Assembly (NCBI RefSeq): GCF_001194135.2
Contig: NC_068984.1
Span: forward strand, 76,290,417 to 76,343,894
Source of the DNA: Octopus bimaculoides
Lineage: Eukaryota
Direction: 5' to 3'
Length of the DNA: 53,478 bases
The position numbers and the translations under genes were made by a program. The notes beneath the pieces were generated by a model, which saw only the letters and a program-made list of their open reading frames with translations, searched no databases and was not told the origin of the DNA. Below, one piece after another: positions 53,170-53,478 of this stretch. How positions within the stretch are numbered: the first letter of the stretch is position 1; every line of letters starts with the position of its first letter.

Positions 53170-53478
53170 TATGTTTGACTTTTGCTTTGCATTTGTACAA
53201 GTTGGATCCAAGTCTCACCTAGAGACCTCAAGAGACAACAAGTTAGAAGTTCATGTAGGTGTTATGCCTAGGGTACCATAGATTTGGATTTGTACATAGT
53301 GTTGTTCTAGAGAATGTTTAAGAAACCATAAGAAAATTATGTGTTTGTTTTAAAATTTGAGATCACATAGACAGTATTTTACGTAGGATATGGGCAGTTC
53401 CCATGAGCACAATCTTTTGAACTTCAGCCATTTTGGGGTTTCCTGGTATCTGAGCTAGGTAGTAATCAGCCTGTTATT
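53170..53478 (-). mobile_element. 3' end of a Dong/R4-clade non-LTR retrotransposon (extends beyond window)
   Basis: Minus strand 53475-53363 reads QADYYLAQIPGNPKMAEVQKIVLMGTAHILRKILSM*, matching the R4/Dong C-terminal QKxVLxGTAHILRK pattern. About 190 nt of 3' UTR ends in a (TAA)n tract, the known Dong target type. Confidence 0.75.

Overview
AT-rich, repeat-dense eukaryotic genomic DNA from a draft assembly with nine N-gaps, most of them flanked by microsatellites. The SINE families look like those of Octopus or another coleoid cephalopod (inference from repeat consensus recall, not a database result). Most of the window appears to be long introns of one + strand multi-pass membrane protein gene. 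Two well-supported exons (18949-19066 and 29673-29788, joined across a 10.6 kb intron) encode LLIGGWIILQFSAFRCEEFELCL|TIEKLLFTAFPALSVALWIWATMSVV. This aligns without gaps to my recollection of plant NO EXINE FORMATION 1 (NEF1), which makes an uncharacterised animal NEF1-like protein the main finding. The introns hold a near full-length dead mariner, a decayed hAT transposase, long-TIR foldback MITEs (Sola2-like and hAT-like), nested piggyBac-like MITEs, a Helitron-like element, CR1, RTE and Dong/R4 LINE fragments, several tRNA-type SINE families (one with an internal VNTR), and a 5S rRNA pseudogene fused to a SINE tail. Almost all ORFs in the supplied track are microsatellite, gap or repeat artefacts. 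No CRISPR array or prokaryotic system is seen.
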